From: an uncultured virus (IMG/VR IMGVR_UViG_3300045020_000075)
Lineage: Duplodnaviria; Heunggongvirae; Uroviricota; Caudoviricetes
DNA length: 64,000 bases
Virus record (IMG/VR): IMGVR_UViG_3300045020_000075
Strand: one strand, 5' to 3'
Part shown: positions 18,757 to 28,413 of the stretch, piece after piece
Layout: every line of letters begins with the position of its first letter
How positions within the stretch are numbered: position 1 is the first letter of the stretch
Notes under the pieces: generated by a model
Told to the model about the DNA's origin: nothing
Databases searched by the model: none
The model's input: only the letters and a program-made list of their open reading frames with translations
Translations under genes and position numbers: made by a program

Positions 18757-18877
18757 CGCGTTTTTCATCCACCATGCGCCGGATCAGTTCCGACACGCTG
18801 ATCCCCAGCTCCTTGGCGCGCTGCTTGAGCCACTTCAGGTGGGGATCGCCGAGGGTGATGCAGATGCGTATGACCAT
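18749..18877 (-). CDS. Ribbon-helix-helix (CopG-like) regulator, 42 aa
   Basis: Hand translation MVIRICITLGDPHLKWLKQRAKELGISVSELIRRMVDEKRDA; stop overlaps the HNH start. Confidence 0.8.
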   Translation of the reverse strand: MVIRICITLGDPHLKWLKQRAKELGISVSELIRRMVDEKRDA

Positions 18878-18883
18878 GTGCGC

Positions 18884-18913
18884 ATCGTATGCATACGACG
18901 GTGGGGCTGTCAA
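18884..18913 (-). promoter_or_regulatory. Promoter with palindromic operator
   Basis: TTGACA (18913-18908)-18-TACGAT; perfect palindrome TCGTATGCATACGA at 18885-18898. Confidence 0.65.
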
Positions 18914-20994
18914 TGCCGATTTCTAAGCCCCAACCCCCCTCCGAACAATCCGGCCCCTACCTTCCCCCCGGCCCCGAGCCCCTGATCTTCGAGGACTTCG
19001 AGTCGATCAACACGTCGAACACGCGCGCCGGCATCGACGACAAGCAGATGTGGTGGTGCTCGGGCTTCTACCCGTATGGCACGCGCGATTTGCGCACATT
19101 GCCCGGCATCGGCCCGATCCTCTACACCAGCCCGGGCCCCGCGATCGTCTTCTACAACTTCGCCAACATCGGATCGCTTCCGGTCGCGATCGTGTTCCTG
19201 GCCGATGGTTCGATCGTGCAGGTCGCCACCACGACCGGGGCTGCGACACAGATCGCCGGTCCCGGCACGATCCCTAACCCGAGCATCCTGACGGCCGGCA
19301 TGTCGCAGTGGGGCAGTCAGTACGTGCTGATCGTCACCAACCAGCGCGCCAACGGCTACTTCGTGTGGGACGGCTCGGTGCTTTACCAGGCGGGTTCGCT
19401 CGCGCCTGTGGTGACGCTCACCAATGTCGGCAGCGGTTACACGTCGGCCCCGACCGTTGCGGCTTCCGGGGGAAGTGGAACCGGTGCTACTTTCTCCGTG
19501 ACGCTGACCCAGAGTGACGGCGTTGCTTCTATTAATGTCGTGTATTCCGGGTCTTACGGGTCACCGGCCGGGATCAGCGTTAGTTTTTCCGGCGGTGGCG
19601 GTTCGGGTACAAGTGCTACTGCGAATATCATTTTTCTTGGCGGTGGCACATGGGGCGTTGCATCGGTGACGGTGAATGCTCCAGGTTCAGGATATACGTC
19701 GGCTCCAGGCGTTTACTTTTCGTCGCCAAATACTTTCGCCTCTGCTGCAGCCACTTCCACTATCGCAACAAGCGGCAGCGTCGCAAGTGTCACGATCACG
19801 AATGCGGGTTCGGGTTACGCATCCGGCGACACGCCCACGCTGGCGTTCTCGGGTGGCGGCGGATCGGGCGCCGCCGCGACCGTGACGATCATGCCGTTTG
19901 GGGTTTTGGGCACCGATATCGAAACCTACGCGGGTCGTGCCTGGATCATCAACGGTGCGCTTCTGCAATTCGCGGCGCCCGGCTCATTCACCAATTTCTC
20001 GACCGCATCCGGCGGCGGCTCGGTCACGTCGTCGGACAGCTTCCTGCGGGTCGGTTACGTTCGGTTGATTCAGACCAATGGCTTCCTCTATCTGATCGGC
20101 GACTCGTCGATCAATTACATCTCGGGTGTTCAGACCTCCGGGAGCCCGCCGACTACCACGTACACGAACCAGAACGCCGACCCCGAGGTCGGCACGCCCT
20201 ATCCACAGACCGCCGACGTGTTCGGCCGCAATATCGTGCTCGCCAACTCGGTCGGCGTGCACGTCATGTACGGCGCCGCAGCTACCAAGATCAGCGAGCC
20301 GCTCGATGGCGTCTACAACACGGTGCCGAACTTCAACGGCGCGCAACTCAGTGCCGCCAAGGCGACGATTTTCGGCAAGAAGACCTGGATCGTGCTGGTG
20401 CCGATCATCGATCCGGTCACCAACCAGCTTTCGAACGAACTGTTCATGTCGGTCGAACCGTTCAAGAAGTGGTTCTCGTCCAAGCAGGACGTGTCGTTGA
20501 CTTTCATCCAGTACCAGGAGATCAACTCAGTATTGACTGCGTGGGGCACGGACGGCGGACGCATCTTCCAACTGTTTGCGCAGCCCTCCGTGGGCTTCAC
20601 CAAGACGGTGCAGTCCAAGCTCTACACGAAGGCCGGCGGTTACCAGTTCCGCAAGTCCGCGGGCCGCCTGTGGGGCATCGCGCAGTACAACTCGACGCTC
20701 AGCCCCAACATCACGGTGACGATCGACAACGAGGTGTCGTCGGCCACCTACGTGATCGTGCCGCCCACGACCGGCATGACGTGGACCACGGCCAGTGGTA
20801 CGGTGATGAACTGGACGACGGCCGGCAGCGCCGCGATGACGTGGACGACCAGCCAGATTGGACTTCGAACGTTCGGCCCGCAGGCCGTGGGTCAGAACGG
20901 TACCATGCTGGGATTTACGGTTCAGACGGCCGCGGCCGATGCCGCCCTGGTGTCGCTCATGATGGACGATCAGATCACGCAGTACAGGGGCTGA
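18913..20994 (+). CDS. Tail nozzle / DNA-stabilisation protein with inserted GSGY repeats
   Basis: ~690 aa, beta-propeller-like; IETYAGRAWI; FLYLIGDSSINYIS; KISEPLD; follows the adaptors. Confidence 0.7.
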   Translation: MPISKPQPPSEQSGPYLPPGPEPLIFEDFESINTSNTRAGIDDKQMWWCSGFYPYGTRDLRTLPGIGPILYTSPGPAIVFYNFANIGSLPVAIVFLADGSIVQVATTTGAATQIAGPGTIPNPSILTAGMSQWGSQYVLIVTNQRANGYFVWDGSVLYQAGSLAPVVTLTNVGSGYTSAPTVAASGGSGTGATFSVTLTQSDGVASINVVYSGSYGSPAGISVSFSGGGGSGTSATANIIFLGGGTWGVASVTVNAPGSGYTSAPGVYFSSPNTFASAAATSTIATSGSVASVTITNAGSGYASGDTPTLAFSGGGGSGAAATVTIMPFGVLGTDIETYAGRAWIINGALLQFAAPGSFTNFSTASGGGSVTSSDSFLRVGYVRLIQTNGFLYLIGDSSINYISGVQTSGSPPTTTYTNQNADPEVGTPYPQTADVFGRNIVLANSVGVHVMYGAAATKISEPLDGVYNTVPNFNGAQLSAAKATIFGKKTWIVLVPIIDPVTNQLSNELFMSVEPFKKWFSSKQDVSLTFIQYQEINSVLTAWGTDGGRIFQLFAQPSVGFTKTVQSKLYTKAGGYQFRKSAGRLWGIAQYNSTLSPNITVTIDNEVSSATYVIVPPTTGMTWTTASGTVMNWTTAGSAAMTWTTSQIGLRTFGPQAVGQNGTMLGFTVQTAAADAALVSLMMDDQITQYRG

Positions 20995-20995
20995 C

Positions 20996-21742
20996 ATGGC
21001 GCTACCGGTCGCATTCGCAAATCTCGTCAATCCCACGGGTCCCAATCTCGACAGCGACTTGTCGGCGGTCGGCACGATCGGCACGATCCCGTGCACGGTG
21101 TCGGGCGCCGCCAACGCGATCGTGATGACGCCCAACACGAACACGCCGGTGCCGGCCGCCAACCCGTCCGTGCCGACCGTCGCGGCCTACGGCAATTACA
21201 TGCGGTTCTCGGGCGTCGCGACCGCCACCAACAGTGGCCCGACCACGATCGCGGTTGGCGCGCTGCCGGCACTCAGTGCTTACAAGGACACGGCCGCCGG
21301 CCCGGTCGCGATGGTCGGCACCGAGATCGTGCAGAACTGTTTGTTCGAAGCCGTCTACGACTCGACCCTCAACGCAGGCGCGGGTGGCTTCCACGTCCGG
21401 TTCGGTGCCGCCCTCAATGGTTCGGTCATCAACCCGGCGGGCGTCCAGCTCGGCACCAACGCGTCGACACTCACGCGCGTCGTGTCGGGTCTCTACACGG
21501 TCTCGTACACGGTGGTGCCGGCGCAGACCACTCAGGACGTGAACGCCGTGCTCACCAACGCGCAGGTCGGCGACGTAGTGACGTTCGGCCTACCCGCGGC
21601 CCTCACGGCCGGGTTGATGTTTGTCGGGCGAGTGCCGGCCGCCGGCACGATCGCGTTGCGTGCCGCCAACGTCACGGCGGCGTCGATCGCGGCGTTCTCG
21701 CTCGCACCGGTGCGCCTCACCGCGATGGGCTTCGTGCCATGA
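20996..21742 (+). CDS. Tail protein
   Basis: Ala/Thr/Gly-rich; position in the tail module. Confidence 0.65.
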   Translation: MALPVAFANLVNPTGPNLDSDLSAVGTIGTIPCTVSGAANAIVMTPNTNTPVPAANPSVPTVAAYGNYMRFSGVATATNSGPTTIAVGALPALSAYKDTAAGPVAMVGTEIVQNCLFEAVYDSTLNAGAGGFHVRFGAALNGSVINPAGVQLGTNASTLTRVVSGLYTVSYTVVPAQTTQDVNAVLTNAQVGDVVTFGLPAALTAGLMFVGRVPAAGTIALRAANVTAASIAAFSLAPVRLTAMGFVP

Positions 21743-22077
21743 GTCTCGCGGCCCTGTTCAACGTTCCGCAAACCCAGGATCAGCTCGCCCAGTGGTCCTT
21801 CGTCAACGCTGCCGCGCACGCCGACATCGTCAGGGTCGTGTTTCAGAACCGCAACACGGCGCTTGCGTCTTACGTGCTCGATCCCATCAATCCCGACGAC
21901 CTGGAGACGTGGCTTTACCAGCACCAGGTCATGCACCAGCAGATGGACGCCGTTTTGGGGATTGCGGGATTCGACCTTTTGGACGTAGACTGGACCGACC
22001 GGGGTCAGTTTGCGGCGTGGATACAGAGCCACGCATCGGAACATGTCCAAGCCGGCCAAATTCTCAACCTAGGATGA
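21739..22077 (+). CDS. Conserved tail-module protein
   Basis: ATGA overlap; WLYQHQVMHQQM...W...HASEH. Confidence 0.65.
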   Translation: MSLAALFNVPQTQDQLAQWSFVNAAAHADIVRVVFQNRNTALASYVLDPINPDDLETWLYQHQVMHQQMDAVLGIAGFDLLDVDWTDRGQFAAWIQSHASEHVQAGQILNLG

Positions 22078-22550
22078 CGCCGATGACCGCAGTTGCCGAA
22101 ACCCAGAAGGTCGAGCCGACCGCGGTGCGCCGGTTCGAGCTGGCCGACATCTCGCAGCACGGCGGCTGGCTGATCCCGCGGCTGATCCGGCAGTACCCTC
22201 ACCTCACGCAGCGCACCGCGATGGGGTTTCTCAACAACATCCTGTACAACGCCGAGTTTCACTTCTGCTACGCGCCGCACGCCGCCGGCTTGGCGCAACT
22301 CGAACGCGCCCACACGCTCAACGCCCGCGCGATCGTGCGCGAGAAGTTCGTGTGGGTGCAGGACAGCAAGAACCCGGACCATCTCGCCGAGGCGGTCGCG
22401 TTTTACGATGACTTCATCGAGTGGGGCCGCCGCTGCGACGCCGAGGCGATGATTGTGGAAGAGTCTTCAGACGTGCCGCACGAGATGGTGCGCCAGAAGT
22501 TCGACAAGCGCATCTTCGTGCGCGAGCAGAAGTTCGTGAGGCTGACTTGA
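22074..22550 (+). CDS. GNAT-like protein
   Basis: VRRFELAD...IVREKFVWV...IEWGRRCDAEAMIV. Confidence 0.5.
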   Translation: MTPMTAVAETQKVEPTAVRRFELADISQHGGWLIPRLIRQYPHLTQRTAMGFLNNILYNAEFHFCYAPHAAGLAQLERAHTLNARAIVREKFVWVQDSKNPDHLAEAVAFYDDFIEWGRRCDAEAMIVEESSDVPHEMVRQKFDKRIFVREQKFVRLT

Positions 22551-23029
22551 CGCAAAGCGCGATCCAGCAGGCCGACCTGGTGTTCGCGGTTGAGCCTTTT
22601 CGTCAGGCGTACGCGGATGCACCCGCGCTGCTGCGAACGCATTGGCGCGAGATCGCCAAGAACAAGGAGTTGCTCACGCTCAATCCCGATGAGGCATTCT
22701 ACGACAAGGCGGACCAGTCCGGCACCATCCTGATCGTGACGGCCCGGCACCAGGGCGCCTTGGTGGGCTATTTCCTGTGGTACATGATCCCGCGGCATCC
22801 CCATTACGCTCACGTCCGGGTCGCCGAGGCCGGCATCCACTTCCTGCTGCCCGAGTACCGGCGCGGCCTCAACGGCTATCGGTTGGTTCGGGAAGCCTGC
22901 CGGTTCGCGGTCGAAGCCGGGGCGCGCTTTCTCACAATTCGTTACAAGCTCGCGCATGATCACCCCGAGCTGATGCGACGTCTCGGCTTCGATCGTACCG
23001 ACGTGACGTACACGCGTGCGGAGACCTAG
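22547..23029 (+). CDS. GNAT acetyltransferase
   Basis: LVGYFLW, FLLPEYRRGLNGYRLV, LMRRLGF. Confidence 0.8.
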   Translation: MTQSAIQQADLVFAVEPFRQAYADAPALLRTHWREIAKNKELLTLNPDEAFYDKADQSGTILIVTARHQGALVGYFLWYMIPRHPHYAHVRVAEAGIHFLLPEYRRGLNGYRLVREACRFAVEAGARFLTIRYKLAHDHPELMRRLGFDRTDVTYTRAET

Positions 23030-23032
23030 CAC

Positions 23033-24232
23033 ATGCCGACCGGAGGCGCCGGACTGGTGGCGGGAATCACGGACTTGTTGGCGTCGGCCGGTGCGGGGGC
23101 CGGACTGGCGGGCGGCGGCACCGCGCTGGCAGGCGCCGGAGCCGACCTCGGCGTCGATGCGGGGCTCGCGGCGGCGGCCGGTGGCGACATCGCGGGTCTG
23201 GCGGGCGCGACCGACTTGTTGGGGGGTGGCGGTGGCGCAACGCTCGGCGGCGACGTGGCGGGCGCTGCGTTGCCGGCCACGACCGGAACGGCCGGTGGCG
23301 GGCTGGCGGGCGCCGCCGCGCCGCTGAGCACGGCTGCGGGCATAACTCCCGCGACCGCCGCGCCGATCGACCTCGCGAGCGCGGCCGCGGCGCCGCAGGG
23401 TGACGTGTCGGCGCTGTTCACGGGTAGCTCGCCGGCCGGGCCATGGTCGCCCTCGACGGCCGGTGCCGGCACGTGGAGCGACGCGTCCGAGGCGCTCAGT
23501 CAGGGGCTAAACCCCGCCAACGCGCCGATCAGCGGTACGGCGGCGGTGCCGGGCGGCGCCGGACCAGCCGCCACGGACTTGTCGGCCCTCACGGGCGCCA
23601 CCAATGCGCCGACCGCCGGGACCAGCCTGGCGGGCGCCGGGGGCGCGAGCGGCACCGCAACGCCCGGCACCGCCAGCACGGGCTTCTTCGACTCGCTCAC
23701 CAGTGGCGCCACCAACGCGGTCACCAAGAACCCGCTCGGCATCGCGCTGTCGGCCGGCGGGCTCGGGTACAGCATTCTGGAGGGCCAGAAGGTCAGCGCC
23801 AACGAGCAAGCCCTGCAGGCCGCGGCCGGCACCCAGGCCGGACAGGGGCAGCAGTTGTCGAACTATATCCAGACTGGCCAGCTCCCGCCGGGGCTCGCGG
23901 CTCAAGTCGCGAACGCGACCGCCGCCGCCAAGGCCGCCATCATCTCGGGCTACGCCAGCCGCGGTCAAAACGCCGATCCCAGCCAGAACAGTGCGCTCGC
24001 GCAGGAACTGTCCCAGGTCGACATGAACGCGCTCGCGATGCAGGGGCAGCTCGCGACCCAATTGCTAACGGCCGGGTTGCAGGAAAGCAACATGTCGGAC
24101 CAGCTCTACGCCCAGCTCATCGGCATCGACCAGACGCAGGCCAAGAACACGGGTGCGGCCATCTCGAATTTCGCCTCGGCGCTCGCGGGTGGGCCGAAGA
24201 CCATTCAGCTCGGCGGGACCACGGCGGCGTAA
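23033..24232 (+). CDS. Gly/Ala-rich internal virion (ejection) protein
   Basis: Composition and position before two large helical proteins. Confidence 0.6.
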   Translation: MPTGGAGLVAGITDLLASAGAGAGLAGGGTALAGAGADLGVDAGLAAAAGGDIAGLAGATDLLGGGGGATLGGDVAGAALPATTGTAGGGLAGAAAPLSTAAGITPATAAPIDLASAAAAPQGDVSALFTGSSPAGPWSPSTAGAGTWSDASEALSQGLNPANAPISGTAAVPGGAGPAATDLSALTGATNAPTAGTSLAGAGGASGTATPGTASTGFFDSLTSGATNAVTKNPLGIALSAGGLGYSILEGQKVSANEQALQAAAGTQAGQGQQLSNYIQTGQLPPGLAAQVANATAAAKAAIISGYASRGQNADPSQNSALAQELSQVDMNALAMQGQLATQLLTAGLQESNMSDQLYAQLIGIDQTQAKNTGAAISNFASALAGGPKTIQLGGTTAA

Positions 24233-24249
24233 AATAAGGATATCATGCG

Positions 24250-24438
24250 ATGAGAAGCGCTGACCGCCTGTATATGGAAATCGCGAAAGCGGGATATCCA
24301 GATAAAATGACTATCCCAGAATGGCGTTATAAAAAATGCAAGAGTCAGCTAATGGATGACGATAGTCCATATACGATTTTTGGTCCTGATTTTTTCGTGA
24401 TTCTCGACTGCATCGTCACACGGACAGTTTCGATCTAA
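24250..24438 (+). CDS. Low-GC small inserted gene (moron-like)
   Basis: AT-rich; TAAGGA SD. Confidence 0.5.
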   Translation: MRSADRLYMEIAKAGYPDKMTIPEWRYKKCKSQLMDDDSPYTIFGPDFFVILDCIVTRTVSI

Positions 24439-26289
24439 ATGGCGCAGGCAGCGACCGATAGCATCGCGAATACGGGCGGCTCCGACAACAAGACGCCGAT
24501 CGACTTTCTTGACGATACCGACAAGAGCGATTTGCTCGGTTTGCAGAAACAGCACATTGCCGAGGAAAAGAGCGCGACCGACGAGGCGTTGCAGTCGGCG
24601 CGCGCGGATCGCGACCGTGCGGCACATTACCTCGATCGCCAGGGCGTCGGCCCCGACGACATTCCAAAGTGGGATGCGGATCAGGAACGGCGCAAGTACG
24701 AAACCAATCCGATCGAGAGCTTCGGCTCGCTGGCGTCTGTGTTTGCCATCGCGGCGTCGGCGTTCACCAAGACGCCGATGGACAACGCGCTCAATGGCGC
24801 CGCTGCCGCCATGCACGCGGTTCGCGACAAGGACGACGAAGCGTACAAGCGTGCGTTCGACGCCTGGAAGGCCAACACTGACCTTACAATCAAACGTCAC
24901 CAGATGATGCACGAGGACTACCAGGATGCCGTGTCGCTGATGTCGACCGACATGCAGTTGGGTGAGGCCAAGCTCAAGGCCATGGCGGCGCGGTTCGGCG
25001 ACCAGAAGACGCTGTTCCTGATGGAGCACGGGATGTTTCCCGAGATGTTCCAAATGATGGACGCCCGCAACAAGTCGATCCAGGGGATGATCCAGACCCG
25101 GCAGATGACCGACGAGTACACGATGCGCAAACACGTGTTCGACGCCGACCCGCGCCGGTTTAGCAAGAATCCACAGGAGCAGATGCAGGCGTTCAACGAC
25201 GCGATGGGGATCAAGACTGACGAAGAACACGAATTCAACATGCGATACTGGGCGTCGCATCCGTCGACTGGCGATCCAAAAGCGGATTTCGACGGCTGGG
25301 TGGAGGCACACAAAAATTTCAAATATCCGTGGCGAGGTGTTGGAACGCCGGGATCAAAAAATGCGCTTGTGGTCGCAGAGACCAAAAAGGTGGCGCTCGA
25401 ACATCCCGAGTGGGATGACGCAATGGTCGGCGAGGAAGCCAACCGCCGCGCCGAAGCCGCGACTGCGAAACGCACGACCGCGGTCGCGGATCAGGAACAG
25501 ACCGACAAGATGGCCGCGAAGTTGCACGACCTCCATCCCGAGCGGCCGGACGAAGACAACTACCGCGATGCCAAGATTTATATCCGAGGCGGTTCGATTC
25601 TCGGTGATGACGCCGCTAAGTCGATGGCCGAACTGTGGTTGCGTGGCGATCACAGCGTTTTCTCCAACCTCGGTCGTGGCGCGCAGGGCGGCGCCAACGT
25701 CGCTAAGGTGTGGGAGCAAATTCACGCCCTGATGGCCGAGCGCAAGATCACACCCGATCAGGTCATCCAGAACGTCGCCGAAACCAAGGGGCTTACGACC
25801 GGGCAGCAAACCTTATTTCGACGGCAGGCCAACATCATCGTGGCGGCCGAGGCGTTCGAGAAGGTGGCGCCTACCGTCACGGCGATTTCGGACAAAATCG
25901 ATCGCACCAAGTATCCCGACATCAACAGCATCCTGGTGGCGGCGAAACGCAAGACCGGCGACGAGAGTGTGGTCCGCATGGCTGCGGCGATCAACGGCGC
26001 CATCAACACGTATAGTCGCGCCATCAACGCGGGCGCCGGAAATGCGTACATCAGCGACAAGGAACACGCGCGAGAAATTCTCGATATCGCGTACAGCAAA
26101 GGGCAGATGCGTGCCGCGATTGACCAGTTGACGATCGAGATCAATGCCGAGCTGACGGCGCCGGGGTCCGCCAAGGACAAACTCAACGAGGTGTTCGCGG
26201 GCGCGACACCGTTGCAACTGCCTACCAAAGACGGCGACGATGGATGGATCGAGGTTCAACCCGGCGTCCGAATCAGGGAGATCAAGTAG
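24439..26289 (+). CDS. Internal virion / DNA ejection protein
   Basis: 616 aa, helical; podovirus gene order. Confidence 0.6.
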   Translation: MAQAATDSIANTGGSDNKTPIDFLDDTDKSDLLGLQKQHIAEEKSATDEALQSARADRDRAAHYLDRQGVGPDDIPKWDADQERRKYETNPIESFGSLASVFAIAASAFTKTPMDNALNGAAAAMHAVRDKDDEAYKRAFDAWKANTDLTIKRHQMMHEDYQDAVSLMSTDMQLGEAKLKAMAARFGDQKTLFLMEHGMFPEMFQMMDARNKSIQGMIQTRQMTDEYTMRKHVFDADPRRFSKNPQEQMQAFNDAMGIKTDEEHEFNMRYWASHPSTGDPKADFDGWVEAHKNFKYPWRGVGTPGSKNALVVAETKKVALEHPEWDDAMVGEEANRRAEAATAKRTTAVADQEQTDKMAAKLHDLHPERPDEDNYRDAKIYIRGGSILGDDAAKSMAELWLRGDHSVFSNLGRGAQGGANVAKVWEQIHALMAERKITPDQVIQNVAETKGLTTGQQTLFRRQANIIVAAEAFEKVAPTVTAISDKIDRTKYPDINSILVAAKRKTGDESVVRMAAAINGAINTYSRAINAGAGNAYISDKEHAREILDIAYSKGQMRAAIDQLTIEINAELTAPGSAKDKLNEVFAGATPLQLPTKDGDDGWIEVQPGVRIREIK

Positions 26290-27912
26290 GTGGCCAAGTT
26301 CGTCGTCGAGCAGGATGGTCGAACGTACGAGGTCGAGGCTGTCGATTTTGGTACCGCCAAGCAGGCCGTCATAAGCAACATCAAGCCCAAAAACGAAAAG
26401 ATGGAAGAACAGATGGGTGTCGGTGGGCGCTTCATGGAAGGCGTCGTCGATCCCGTCTACGGCGCCCGACAACTTTACAATCACGTCGCCGGGTCCGACG
26501 AGGATGCCGCCAAGATAGATCAGGAAATCGATAAGCGCGAAGACACAATCAAGCGCAAGTCCGGCGTGACCGGAACTGACTATGTTCGAATGGGTGGTCG
26601 GATGGTGCCGGCGGTTGCGCTCAGCGCCGCCGGGGGGCCGATCGGCGAGGCAATTGCCGGTACCGGTGTGGCGGGAGGCGCTTTGGGTGGTGCGCTGACC
26701 GGAACGGTCGATAGCTTGCTCAGCCCCACGACGGGGGGCAACTACGCACAACAAAAATTCGAGCAGGCGCTGTTTGGCACAGCCTTTGGCGGTCTCGGCG
26801 CAGGCGGGACCAAAGCCATCGGCAGCACCATATCGCCAACCGTACGCGAAGCCGCCAAGGCGCTGATGGATCGGGGGATCGAGCTTACGCCGGGTCAGAT
26901 CGCCGGTGGAATATTGCGACGCGGCGAGGAAGCCGCCAAGAGCTTTCCGATTCTAGGCACGTTCATTCGCGGAGCCGAGACGCGCAGTGTCGAGAGCTTC
27001 AACCGGGCCGCCATAGATCAGGCGTTGGAACCACTGGGAATAAAATTGCCGACATCCGCCAAGCCTGGACACGAGTCGATCTCGTACGCCAAGTTGCGGC
27101 TCGACGATGCGTACGACAATCTGCTTCCCAAGATGCATCTCGGGATGGACAACGATCTGGCGTCCGACATCGCCAACACGCGTTTTTTGGCATCCGAGTT
27201 GCCGGGCGAGCAGGCCAAGCAATTCGACACCATCATGCAGAATCGAGTTGCCAAGTATTTTGCCGACTCGGGCGCGATCACGGGCGACAAGCTCAAGAGC
27301 ATGGAAAGCGAACTCAACTATATCGCGTCCACGTACCGGGCTTCGTCCGACGCGGGTCAACGTCAGTTGGGCCAGCGCCTCGACGATATGCGGTTTGCGT
27401 TGCGGGACGCACTGCAGCGACAAAATCCGCAAGCCGCCGAAGCTTTACAGAAGATCAACTCGTCGTACGCGATGTTCACGCGCCTGGAATCAGCCGCAAC
27501 CCGTCGCGCCGGTTCACAGGGGATTTTCACGCCAAGCGATCTGCTTCAAGCGATCAAAACGACCGACAAGTCGGTGCGTAAGGGAGCGTTCGCGCGCGGC
27601 GATTCGCTTATGCAGGATTTTGCCGAATATGCCGATATGGTAATCCCGTCGCGGCTATCGGACAGCGGCACGCCGGAACGACTGGCATTTAGGGACATGT
27701 TGGGTGTTGGCGCTGGAGTCGTCAGCCCAAAAATTCCGATCGGTTTAGGTGCGGCGTCGCTTCCGTATACCAAGACGGGATCGAAAGTTGTCAACTCCGT
27801 GATGGGCGAGCCTGGTCCGATCCGACAGGCGATCGGGCAAGGAGTCAAGCGAGTCGCAGCACCGGCCGGTGGTGTTGCGGCCGTTCCGGGCATTACGTTT
27901 ACGGGTGACTGA
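26290..27912 (+). CDS. Internal virion / DNA ejection protein
   Basis: Gly-rich TM-like segment; GIELTPGQ; SDSGTPER. Confidence 0.65.
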   Translation: MAKFVVEQDGRTYEVEAVDFGTAKQAVISNIKPKNEKMEEQMGVGGRFMEGVVDPVYGARQLYNHVAGSDEDAAKIDQEIDKREDTIKRKSGVTGTDYVRMGGRMVPAVALSAAGGPIGEAIAGTGVAGGALGGALTGTVDSLLSPTTGGNYAQQKFEQALFGTAFGGLGAGGTKAIGSTISPTVREAAKALMDRGIELTPGQIAGGILRRGEEAAKSFPILGTFIRGAETRSVESFNRAAIDQALEPLGIKLPTSAKPGHESISYAKLRLDDAYDNLLPKMHLGMDNDLASDIANTRFLASELPGEQAKQFDTIMQNRVAKYFADSGAITGDKLKSMESELNYIASTYRASSDAGQRQLGQRLDDMRFALRDALQRQNPQAAEALQKINSSYAMFTRLESAATRRAGSQGIFTPSDLLQAIKTTDKSVRKGAFARGDSLMQDFAEYADMVIPSRLSDSGTPERLAFRDMLGVGAGVVSPKIPIGLGAASLPYTKTGSKVVNSVMGEPGPIRQAIGQGVKRVAAPAGGVAAVPGITFTGD

Positions 27913-28136
27913 TGACCAAACAAACGCTCGAAAAAACGCTGAGCGACTTCGCGCTCGAACTCGCCACCAAGGCGCGGCTGCGGGACACGCCGCTCGACCA
28001 AGCGACCGACACCTTCAAGGCGCTCACGGCTTACCGCGCGCTCGAACTCAAAGGTCGCAAGGGCCAAGAAGACACCGAGGACGACCACGAGCCCACCATG
28101 AGCGACCTGCAACGACAGATCAACGGAGGGGGATAA
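27912..28136 (+). CDS. Hypothetical protein
   Basis: TGATG coupling. Confidence 0.65.
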   Translation: MTKQTLEKTLSDFALELATKARLRDTPLDQATDTFKALTAYRALELKGRKGQEDTEDDHEPTMSDLQRQINGGG

Positions 28137-28411
28137 TGGCCGACGTAAAGCCGCAATTCACCGTAGTTGAGGACGAGCCGGAAGCCGCCGCGCGACCGCC
28201 GCGTGACACCGCCATGCTGATGATGGCGCTCCGGGCGCTGTCTCAGCGGGCCGTGGCCGCCATCGCGGACCTGTTCATGCTCGCGACCGTGGGTCTGGTG
28301 TTCTGGATCGCCAACGCGATCTCGGCCGCGCCGTCGACCGCCCAGATCACCACACTTGGCGTGTTCGCGACCTTCGTGCTGCTGGCCAACTTCATCGTGC
28401 GAAAGTTCTAG
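28136..28411 (+). CDS. Small two-TM membrane protein
   Basis: GGAGG SD; two hydrophobic helices. Confidence 0.65.
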   Translation: MADVKPQFTVVEDEPEAAARPPRDTAMLMMALRALSQRAVAAIADLFMLATVGLVFWIANAISAAPSTAQITTLGVFATFVLLANFIVRKF

Positions 28412-28413
28412 CC

